Assembly (NCBI GenBank): GCA_002269645.1
Contig: NIVC01003963.1
Location: 3,426 to 67,425 of the forward strand
DNA length: 64,000 nucleotides
Reading direction: 5' to 3'
Source: Macrostomum lignano
Lineage: Eukaryota
A program made the translations under genes and the position numbers. How positions within the stretch are numbered: the first letter of the stretch is position 1; the number at the start of each line of letters is the position of its first letter. Below the pieces are notes generated by a model, which saw nothing but the letters and a program-made list of their open reading frames with translations, ran no database searches and was not told the origin of the DNA. Shown here in pieces: positions 1 through 11,700 of the stretch.

Positions 1-3000
1 AAGCTTCTGGATCCCCAGCAGCTCCAGTATCGACAGAGACTCCTGAATCCACTGCAGCTCCTGGCTCAACCGCCGCTCCTGAATCCACTGCAGCTCCTGG
101 CTCAACTGCCGCTCCTGGATCCACTGCAGCTCCTGGCTCAACCGCCGCTCCTGAATCCACTGCAGCTCCTGGATCCACTGCAGCTCCTGGCTCAACCACC
201 GCTCCTGAATCCACTGCTGCTCCTGGCTCAACCGCAGCTCCTGGATCCACTGCAGCTCCTGACTCAACCGCAGCTCCTGGATCCACTGCAGCTCCTGGAT
301 CCACTGCAGCTCCTGGCTCAACCGCCGCTCCTGGATCCACTGCAGCTCCTGACTCAACCGCAGCTCCTGGATCCACTGCAGCTCCTGGCTCAACCGCCGC
401 TCCTGGATCCACTGCCGCTCCTGGATCCACTGCAGCTCCTGGCTCAACCGCAGCTCCTGGATCCACTGCCGCTCCTGGATCCACTGCAGCTCCTGGCTCA
501 ACCGCAGCTCCTGGATCCACTGCAGCTCCTGGCTCAACCGCCGCTCCTGGATCCACTGCAGCTCCTGGCTCAACCGCAGCTCCTGGATCCACTGCAGCTC
601 CTGGATCCACCACTGCTCCTGGATCCACTGCTGCTCCTGGCTCAACGGCAGCTCCTGGCTCAACGGCAGCTCCTGGATCCACTGCAGCTCCTGGCTCAAC
701 GGCAGCTCCTGGATCCACTGCCGCTTCTGGATCCACCGCTGCTCCTGGATCCACTGCCGCTCCTGGATCCACTGCAGCTCCTGGCTCAACCGCAGCTCCT
801 GGATCCACTGCAGCTCCTGGCTCAACCGCCGCTCCTGGATCCACTGCAGCTCCTGGCTCAACCGCAGCTCCTGGATCCACTGCAGCTCCTGGATCCACCA
901 CTGCTCCTGGATCCACTGCAGCTCCTGGCTCAACGGCAGCTCCTGGATCCACTGCCGCTCCTGGATCCACCGCTGCTCCTGGATCCACCGCTGCTCCTGG
1001 ATCCACTGTCGCTCCTGGATCCACTGCCGCTCCTGGATCCACTACAGCTCCTGACTCAACAGCACATCTTGGATCCACTGCAGCTCCTGACTCAACAGCA
1101 GATCTTGGATCCACGACTTCTCCTGTATGTAACCCTTCTAACTGCAGGTTTGGCGGAACTTGCGTCGGCGTCTCCAGAGCTTGCAGTTGCAGACCAAATC
1201 GTGGAGGACAGTTCTGTGAGAAAAGTAAGCTTACTGACGTGTTCGAACAAAGAATTGAATATTTTTCGGGAAGTTTAGGAGTTTAAAAGCTTCTGTAAGC
1301 TTTTCAGTAAACATTAAAATACTTGTTCTAAACTGAGTTCGCAACACTTTTTGCATTCTAGAAAAAACGCGCGTTCGTTGCCGAAACCGGATGCCAAAAC
1401 TTGTCTTCAAGACTGATTACCTGGACTTTTCACTACCGATAACAGTAGCTCTTTGGCAAGATGTGAAGGCATTCGTAAGTGCAATTTCTTTCCACAGTTT
1501 TTTATTTAGCTTGCTGGTTGAACTTTCGACAAGATAAACTTTGTTGTTTCAGATCATTGGCAGCTTCAGACGGTCGACTAATGCCAACTTCAAAAATGCT
1601 GAGTTCAATTTGGTATTTATTGCGTTCAAATCGGGCTCAGTTTTAGTAGATTACGATTTGGAATTCAGCGTTCCTGACAGTGCGCCGATCATGTCAGTGG
1701 ACGAGATAAAGGCAGCCATGGACTCCGGCCTCAGTGCCACCAGCAGCTCCACTTCGAACTACACAATGGATGCAAACACAACTGCTACAGGTAAAAGAGC
1801 TCCACGTTGCAGCTTTTCGTGACATTTGGGCCCGCACAGATTTGTATTCACGAAAGGCAGTGACATGGAGCATGGAGTTAGACAGATTTTCACGCCTTTA
1901 CGCCCGTTTGAGTACGTATCTGTTTGCGTAACGTGCATCTATGCGTGTGTACGCGCGTATATGTGCTCAGGTTTTAGTAGAAAGTGCAAGTCTAATTCAA
2001 GGACTACTTAAGAAGACTGCTTAATAAACGATAACTTAAATCGTTCTTGATCGAATTTCCCACCTTTCTGCTCGTGTTTCGACTGTCACAAACAGTTACG
2101 TCAGCGCCGAAATCACAGCAAAAAGCACATAAACACACTTCCTTGAAATTTCAGCGTACGATTACTGTGCGACATCACCGTGCTCGAAGTACGCCACCTG
2201 TACTAACTTCGCAAGCAACAGCACCTTCGACTGTAGCTGCTGGAATGGTTTCCTAGACGAGGACACCAGTGTTAAGGGCACTAAATGTACCGAGCAGTGC
2301 AACAGCTCGCAAATTTACTGCTCAGGCAATGGAGTCTGTCGAACGAACGCTTACAATAGAGTCGGCTGCCAGTGCTTCAGCGGCTACACCGGGGACACGT
2401 GCTCAACTGTGTCCCTCACTGATCCAGTGCTGGCCATCGTGATTGCTGTGCCAATTTTATTCGTCATAATTGTGGTTGTGATTGCCGTGGTTGTGTACAT
2501 CTACAGGAAGCAGGGCCGGTTCAAGCAGGCCATGATCGATTCGCGCAGTTTCGCGGATGGCGCAGGCTACGGAGAGGACGGCGGGGCGGATCGGTTCCAA
2601 CCGATGCCTCCCAGCTCCGCCGGGTCGTTGAAGAATTCGGTAAAGTTTTTTTTACTAGCTGCACTTGCTCAATCCGCGTACACGTACCCCAAGCACTTCA
2701 CAAATCCATCAAGGTAGACACACCCAAGCACATCTTTAGCTTACCCAGGTACACACTTGATCACCCCATACATCCCTTCTAGTATACAATACGTGAACAG
2801 CTCATAAATGAAACAAAGTAGGTCACACACTCATTAACAATAAATTAATCCTGGTAGGTCACACATTCATGCCATAAATTAACCCAGGTAGGTCACACAT
2901 TCATATAAACCATAAATTAATCCAGGTAGGTCAGACACTCATTAACCATAAACTAATCCAGGTAGGTCACACACTCATTAACTATTTTGAATCCAGGTAC

Positions 3001-3374
3001 ACACCAAGCAAATCATTAACTCATCCAGGTACATATTCCTCGAGCGAGGCTGGCTGGTCCAGAATTCGGAAACATGTACCAACAGGAGCGGCAAGAAAGC
3101 GGCGCCAGCATTGACGGATCCATGAACTTCGACCAGCAGCCAACTCCCAGCTTCAGCTATCCGTACAAGCGTTACTCAGATTCAACATTCCGCAGTGGGG
3201 GAGCGGTGAGTCACCACTATCGACCTAATTTTCTTGCTATTATTTCGATTGCACTTTTATTTACAAGGCATGGTAATATGCATCTACTTGCTATTCCAAG
3301 AACTTACTATTCCTTTGAAAATTGAATTCCAGGGACCTTCCAGGGCTGAGGAGGATGGCAGGCAATATTTCTAA
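1..3374 (+). CDS. Membrane-bound mucin, 5'-truncated by the window edge (PTS repeats-EGF-SEA-EGF-EGF-TM-cytoplasmic tail; MUC13/HEG1-like architecture)
   Basis: Exons read manually: <1-1224 (TAAPGS repeats, then EGF CNPSNCRFGGTCVGVSRACSCRPNRGGQFCEK), 1362-1474 and 1553-1790 (SEA domain with FKSGSVLV), 2155-2639 (two EGFs, TM VLAIVIAVPILFVIIVVVIAVVVYIY), ~3063-3205, and 3333-3374 (GPSRAEEDGRQYF*). GT-AG phases are consistent except for the junction into the ~3063 exon, which I could not resolve. Confidence 0.85.
40..1110 (+). repeat. Coding 18-bp minisatellite (TAAPGS mucin repeat)
   Basis: Units actgcagctcctggatcc / accgcagctcctggctca are in frame with the downstream EGF. Confidence 0.9.
2740..3030. 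repeat. Degenerate intronic tandem repeat, ~37 bp
   Basis: Recurring ccaggtaggtcacacactcattaaccataaattaat. Confidence 0.6.
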
Positions 3375-5735
3375 TAATGATTAATTGTTAAAGACGCTTA
3401 TAATTTCGACGCTTTGCTACCGATGCTATTTAAGCTGAGCTGTATTGATTTTATTGTATGTACGAGCGTAAGCTTTATACTGACGTATGTGTTATGGCAT
3501 CTTCTCCGGTATAGAATAGTGTTCGATAATGTTACGCCGTAAATAGCTTGCTAAATGCTTTTTAAGAATATAAGAACATCTAGAAGGTTTTTTTTATCCA
3601 GTCGGACTTTTTTGCCGTCACATTTGAAAAAAAAGAAAAAAAGCAGATTTTGTTATTATTTAATTTAAGATTGTCGGTTTAGTTCAAACCAAGCTTAAAC
3701 TTTTCTACCGGCAAGCAGCTAAAAATTTGTTTTATTTTAAAAGCAGAATCGACGATATTGTTTTAAAAGCACCGTTAACTACTCGTAATAATTCGCGTGT
3801 GACCTGTTGAATAAGTATTTTTCGTTTATGCGAACGTAAGAGCGTATAAATTTCAATCTAGATATTGGACGTTCCCTCGTTCGTTTTAACTATTGCTTCT
3901 GCTGACTATTTTTATAATATTTTTTGCTCAGAATGTCTGTGATTTAAAATTACGTTTTTTGTAACTTCCTGCCTCAAATTTTGTCGAGTATTTTGAAAAC
4001 CGGAACATTTTTGATACTTTTTTGGCCAAAAAATATAACGAGGCGTTTCTGAGTGATATCGACCAGACTGAATGCCTAGTGCTCGCTTCTGTTCCTCACA
4101 AATTCTCAAGTTCAAGACCGACGTCGGGATAAAATTCTCGATGCACTTCATTTTCGCCCTCTTTCCCACCCTCCCCCACTTTCCTGTCCATTAATCCTGA
4201 TTATTTTTCGTGTGTCACGGGGTTAGATGGCTTAGATGGGTTAGATGGTCTTTTCTCGGCCCGTCGAAACCCACCCCACTTTCCTATCCCCACACTAACC
4301 CCAATTAATCGCGTGTGTGGCGGGGCTAGAGGGCCGTCTTTATCGGCCCGTCGACACCCACCTACCTCACTTTGTTATACCGCTATTTATTGATCGTTAT
4401 TCCAATGGCATGACGTTGGACCAAATACATACATTACAGTCTAAATTTATACAGTTTATATTGATTGTAATATTTTCGGTAACAAACAAGGTGGGGTAGC
4501 AAAAACTTTACTATATCGCACCGTCATAACTGATAAATTTCTCGGAACAAAATATACAATGCATGCTACTTTTTGGAATCGTGTTATGTGTACAAAGTAG
4601 TATTCTTAGGACATTGCACTAAAATGAATACGATAATTGGGCAACTGTTGGGTTATAAGTTATAAAAAGCTATTCATACATTATCACAGCGCGTAGTTTT
4701 TGAAAAGACAGCGCAGCGCTCGCATCACCCACCCATCTAGCAAGTGACCCACCCACTTTGAAGAAACAATAGTGGAATTTTTTAACTCAGCCCTGTCAGA
4801 ATTTTTTAAATAGAGCTACTCCATATTTTTCTGAAACGGCGCAGATAAACAAAAGTTAATCATCTTATCTGCACGCATAAGCTTCATGATTGCGTAAGGA
4901 ATATCTGCATAGGCTGTTTTGTACTCAACTCCAAAGAATTCATTTAGATAGACGTAAATAGCCTTCTATAGTGAATAATGATCGTTTATAAAGCTCAACT
5001 AAAAGCAACAGAAAGGACAGAAAAGATTAATGAGACGACGTCTTAGCAGGTGAATGCGGGGCTAAATCTCTCGCGCATTCCTGAGACTTCAAAATAAAAT
5101 TGCATGACGAGGCCGCGGGCTTGTGGTGCCAACAAGTTGCATGCGCCAAGATAACATAGTTAGCGGGCGCACCCAGAAAGATGAAAAAATATGCTCGCGA
5201 CATTTAGCCGAACTTATGGGAAGCTAAAATCACCCGTATTTCGGTCGAGAAGCAGGAATGATGGAGTCAAGCAGTCTTGCCCACTTTGCTGAATTTCGAC
5301 TCCCTGAGCACGCGCCGCACGAGTACATTTACACCTTATGTGAGCTTCTGTCACTTGCTCACTTATCCAGAATCAATAGAATCGTGTCGAATGACATAAA
5401 CATATTATAAGTGTTCTGTGAGCCCGAGACCGACCATTCACATTCAACGCTTAGTGTATCTTTTGAACTCTGTTATTTTGCAACAGAGTCATACTAGCTG
5501 TTTAGATTATAGTCGTACGCTAGCACACAACCCAGTCTCACCCGGGCCTCACAGTTGTTTGCTAATTGTTGTTATTCGGTCAGCAAGTCTCGTAGGCGAA
5601 TGCGCGATAGCGGTAGACGCACTGTCGGACTGCTCAACTATAAATAGGGTGAATATTGCTCAGAAGATAAATGGTTTTTTGTAAGCTTTTGAGACAACGC
5701 TTCAAGAAAGTTAGCTGCTGTTGGTGTCAAGAAAA

Positions 5736-8700
5736 ATGTTGGTGCCCAAGTTTGCGCTGCTACTAGCGCTGCTGCTTTCGTTGCGTCCGTTTGGTGGTAA
5801 GGTTTTCATGACTTGGCTACAGACTTCCAATCTCTGAATAAAATATCTCATTTTAAATCATTATTTGCAGCCTCAGCGTCAACAACAGCAAGATCTGATG
5901 AACCAGCAGCTAACACAGCGTCACCAGGTAAAAATGGCCGAATTTTCATAATTCATAACTCGTGCAAGCCGACTAATTGAATGGATAAACTGAATAAATA
6001 TACATGCCAAATTTCCAGAAACCTCCCAGCTAGTTTCTACACTTCCACCCATCGAGCCAGCAACCGAGGCTATTGTAAACGGATCTGGCACTCCCGCACT
6101 CGAGACTAGCACTCCAGCATCCGAGACTGGCACTCCAGCACCCGAGACTGGCACTCCAGCACCCGAGACTGGCACTCCAGCACCCGAGACTGGCACTCCA
6201 GCACCCGAGACTGGCACTCCATCACCCGAGACTGCCACCGATCTTACAGCAGAGACACAAGAACCGACTATGCCAGCTACAGCAATGACAAATGACGCAG
6301 GATCAACTCACGAAGGCAGTACACCGATGCCTGAGGCTACTGGTTCAACACCTGAAGCACCCACACCGATGCCTGAGGCTACTGGATCAACACCTGAAGC
6401 GCCCACACCGATGCCTGAGGCTACTGGTTCAACACCTGAAGCACCCACACCGATGCCTCAGGCCACTGGATCAAAACCTGAAGCGCCCACACCGATGCCT
6501 CAGGCCACTGGATCAACACCTGAAGCGCCCACACCGATGCATGAGGCTACTGGTTCAACACCTGAAGCGCCCACACCGATGCATGAAGCTACTGGTTCAA
6601 CACCTGAAGCGCCCACACCGATGCCTGAAGCTACTGGTTCAACACCTGAAGCGCCCACACCGATGTCTGAAGCTACTGGTTCAACACCTGAAGCACCCAC
6701 ACCGATGTCTGAAGCTACTGGTTCAACACCTGAAGCACCCACACCGATGCCTGAGGCTACTGGTTCAACACCTGAAGCACCCACACCGGTGACTGAGGCT
6801 ACTAGTTCAACACCTGAAGCACCCACACCGATGCATGAGGCTACTGGATCAACACCTGAAGCACCCACACCGATGCCTCAGGCTACTGGATCAACACCTG
6901 AAGCGCCCACACCGATGCCTGAGGCTACTGGATCAACACCTGAAGCGCCCACACCGATGCATGAGGCTACTGGTTCAACACCTGAAGCGCCCACACCGAT
7001 GCATGAAGCTACTGGTTCAACACCTGAAGCGCCCACACCGATGCCTGAGGCTACTGGTTCAACACCTGAAGCACCCACACCGGTGACTGAGGCTACTGGT
7101 TCAACACCTGAAGCACCCACACCGATGCCTCAGGCTACTGGATCAACACCTGAAGCGCCCACACCGATGCCTGAGGCTACTGGATCAACACCTGAAGCAC
7201 CCACACCGATGCCTGAGGCTACTGGTTCAACACCTGAAGCGCCCACACCGATGCCTGAAGCTACTGGTTCAACACCTGAAGCGCCCACACCGATGTCTGA
7301 AGCTACTGGTTCAACACCTGAAGCACCCACACCGATGTCTGAAGCTACTGGTTCAACACCTGAAGCACCCACACCGATGCCTGAGGCTACTGGTTCAACA
7401 CCTGAAGCACCCACACCGGTGACTGAGGCTACTAGTTCAACACCTGAAGCACCCACACCGATGCATGAGGCTACTGGATCAACACCTGAAGCACCCACAC
7501 CGATGCCTGAGGCTACTGGATCAACACCTGAAGCACCCACACCGATGCCTGAGGCTACTGGATCAACACCTGAAGCGCCCACACCGATGCCTGAGGCTAC
7601 TGGTTCAACACCTGAAGCGCCCACACCGGTGCCTGAAACCACAGGATCAACTCAAGTCAGCCCACCGGTGACTGAGGCAACCGGTTCAACACCTGAAGCA
7701 CCCACACCGATGCCTGAGGCTACTGGTTCAACACCTGAAGCGCCCTCACCGGTGCCTGAAGCCACAGGATCAACTGAAGAAGTCAGCACACCGGTGCCTG
7801 AAGCTACTGCCTCGACGCCTGTCGTGTCTTACTGGGAAGTGCTTTGCCGAAATTTGATGCCAGGCGAGCCGTACAAGCCGGAATATGGCGACTTGGCATC
7901 GGGAGACGCTCAAGCTTTGAGCGATGATGTGAAAGCGTTTGTAAGTTAATGACACCTGTGCTTAAACACCTTACTGTGTGCGGTTATTACAGACACATTT
8001 TCACAACCTACACAGCTTCTGTCTATAAGTTTACAAGCTTCAAATTAGGGAAAAGAGTTATGGAATCACTTCACAATTCCTAATTTCACAACTCCTAAAT
8101 TTTACAATCCCTAAACTTTAATTCCTCAAGAGGCTCAATCTACAAAATTCACAATTCCAGAACTTCACAATCCACAAACTTCTCAATCCCAAAGTTCACA
8201 ATCCCTAAACTTCACAATCCCCAAGCTTCACAATCCCCAAGCTTCACAATCCCCAAGCGTCACAATCCCCAAGCTTCACAATCCCCATGCCTAACAATCC
8301 CAAGCCTCACAATCCCAAGCTTCACAATCCCCAAACTTCACAATCCCAAGCTTCACAATCCCCATGCCTAACAATCACAAGCCTCACAATCCCCCGAGCG
8401 TCACAATCCCCAAGCTTCACAATCCCCAAGCTTCACAATCCCCAAGCTTCACAATCCCCAAGCTTCACAATCCCCAAGCTTCACAATCCCCAAACTTCAC
8501 AATCCCGATGCCTAACAATCCCAAGCTTCACAATCCCCAAGCTTCACAATACCCAAGCCTCACAATCCCCAAGCTTCACAATCCCCAAGCTTCACTATAC
8601 CCAAGCTTCACAATACCCAAGCTTCACAATCCCCAAGCTTCACAATCCCCAAACTTCACAATCCCGATGCCTAACAATCCCAAGCTTCACAATCCCCAAG

Positions 8701-11700
8701 CTTCACAATCCCCAAGCTTCACAATACCCAAGCTTCACAATACCCAAGCTTCACAATCCCCAAGCTTCACAATCCCCAAACTTCACAATCCCGATGCCTA
8801 ACAATCCCAAGCTTCACAATCCCCAAGCTTCACAATACCCAAGCCTCACAATCCCCAAGCTTCACAATCCCCAAGCTTCACAATACCCAAGCTTCACAAT
8901 ACCCAAGCTTCACAATACCCAAGCCTCACAATCCCCAAGCTTCACAATCCCCAAGCCTCACAATCCCCAAGCTTCACAATACCCAAGCTTCACAATACCC
9001 AAGCCTCACAATCCCCAAGCTTCACAATCCCCAAGCTTCACTATACCCAAGCTTCACAATACCCAAGCTTCACAATCCCCAAGCTTCACAATCCCCAAAC
9101 TTCACAATCCCGATGCCTAACAATCCCAAGCTTCACAATCCCCAAGCTTCACAATCCCCAAGCTTCACAATACCCAAGCTTCACAATCCCCAAGCTTCAC
9201 AATCCCCAAGCTTCACAATCCCCAAACTTCACAATCCCGATGCCTAACAATCCCAAGCTTCACAATCCCCAAGCTTCACAATACCCAAGCCTCACAATCC
9301 CCAAGCTTCACAATCCCCAAGCTTCACAATCCCCAAGCTTCACAATACCCAAGCTTCACAATACCCAAGCCTCACAATCCCCAAGCTTCACAATCCCCAA
9401 GCCTCACAATCCCCAAGCTTCACAATCCCCAAGCTTCACAATACCCAAGCCTCACAATCCCCAAACTTCACGTTTAACAGACTCCACAATCCCCGTTACA
9501 TTACTTTAATGATGAGTTTATCATCAATATTAAACCCGCACCTGAAGTACATACATGTATCACCGGTTTGAAGAAATGGCATGGACATCAAAAATGAAAA
9601 TTTGCATTTCAGCTCCAAGAAGCGTTCATCATTTCTGGCAACAACGATTTGAAAAACTCAGAAATTGACATCGTTGGCTTCGGCAACTCCGGCGGCTCTG
9701 TGCAAGTTAACTACGTGCTGAAGATGCCCAGGAGCCCTACTCAAACTTCTCTTGAGTTCCTCAAGTTCTACATTGACTTTGGAATTCGCATCTATCAATC
9801 ATCTGGCAGTAGAAAGATAACAGTACAGGCCGATACAAAAGTGCAAGGTAATTTTCACAGGCCAATGCATTGCAGAATAGACAATGGACAGTGTATAAAT
9901 TAATATGCAAACATTTTCAGACTACTCCGGGCTCTTTACACTGCCGCCCATCCAGTCAGCAACCGAGACTGGCACTCCAGTACCCGAGACTGGTACTACG
10001 TCAACTGAGACTGGCACTCCTGCACCGGAGACTGGCACTCCAGTATCCGAGACTGGCACTCCAGTATCCGAGACTGGCACTCCAGTACCCGAGACTGGCA
10101 CTCCAGTACCCGAGACTGGCACTCCAGTACCCGAGACTGGTACTACGTCAACTGAGACTGGCACTCCTGCACCGGAGACTGGCACTCCAGTATCCGAGAC
10201 TGGCACTCCAGTACCCGAGACTGGCACTCCAGTACCCGAGACTGGCACTCCAGTACCCGAGACTGGCACTCCAGTACCCGAGACTGGCACTTCAGAACCT
10301 GAAACTGGCTCTCCGACTTCTGAGACTGGCACTCCGGCATCCCAGACTGCCACCGATCTTACAGCAGAGACACAAGAACCGACTATGCCAGCTACAGCAA
10401 TGACAAAGGTCGCAGGATCAACTCATGAAAGCAGTACACAGATGCCTGAGGCTACTGGATCAACACCTGAAGCGCCCACACCGATGCATGAGGCTACTGG
10501 TTCAACACCTGAAGCGCCCACACCGATGCATGAAGCTACTGGTTCAACACCTGAAGCGCCCACACCGATGCCTCAGGCCACTGGTTCAACACCTGAAGCG
10601 CCCACACCGATGTCTGAAGCTACTGGTTCAACACCTGAAGCACCCACACCGATGCATGAGGCTACTGGTTCAACACCTGAAGCGCCCACACCGATGCATG
10701 AAGCTACTGGTTCAACACCTGAAGCGCCCACACCGATGCCTCAGGCCACTGGTTCAACACCTGAAGCGCCCACACCGATGTCTGAAGCTACTGGTTCAAC
10801 ACCTGAAGCACCCACACCGATGCCTGAGGCTACTGGTTCAACACCTGAAGCACCCACACCGGTGACTGAGGCTACTAGTTCAACACCTGAAGCGACCTCA
10901 CCGATGCCTCAGGCTACTGGTTCAACACCTGAAGCGACCTCACCGATGCCTCAGGCTACTGAATCAATGCCTGAAGCGAGCACAATAAAGCCTGAAGTTA
11001 CTTTATCGACGCGTGAAGCGACTGGATTGTCGCCGGACCCAACTGCAACGCCGTCAGTGCCTGAGGCTTCACCAACGTCTCAAAAATCAAGAACATTAAG
11101 TGCTTCGATGACATCAGAGGCAGCGACATCAACTTCAATGATTAGTCAAAGAATGACGGAGTCAACAACAACAGCACTCCAACCTGCCACGTCTACTACC
11201 AAGTCTGCTTCGGTGCCGACCACAACCGTAACGACTTCTGCTACAACTGCGCCGGCGTTTTGCCTGCCTTCCAGTTGCAGATTTGGCGGTCGCTGCGTCA
11301 ACGGCTTTTGCAGATGCAGACCGTTCCGAGGGGGATGGCGCTGCGAAAAGAGTAAGCTCTAAGAATATATATACTGTGTATAGATATTTCTATTCGAAAA
11401 CCTAACGAAGCTGATATGATACGAACTAACTTTAAATAGTAAACGCCCTAACCAAAAATAACACTTTGCCGTCGATGGGCGAGACAAGTTAATGTTCAGA
11501 GTAGTCCTTGACAATGTACAGCCAAGCCTTCGTATACACAAACGGCTCCCTATACTGGGATGGTAAAGCTTTGCATACCTTTGAGATTTAAACTGGCAGC
11601 GATAGTCTATGGTCAGCCATGTAGCAGCGATAGTCTAAGGCCAGCCCTGTGGCAGCAATAGTCTAAGGCCAGCCCTGTGGCAGCAATAGTCTAAGGTCAG

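Noticed and set aside
4150-4370. Hammerhead-like motif in a ~110-bp duplicated segment (hairpin followed by cgaaac)
   Set aside because: No CTGANGA core, and the second copy lacks GAAA. Other CTGATGA hits (e.g. ~15817, ~28198) lack stem II and GAAA.
8287-9509. Long ORFs in minisatellites (also 37150-37914, 46729-47293, 47793-48735, 52087-52672, 56322-56981, 58596-59565)
   Set aside because: They are stop-free readings of tandem repeats, mostly in introns bounded by clear splice sites.
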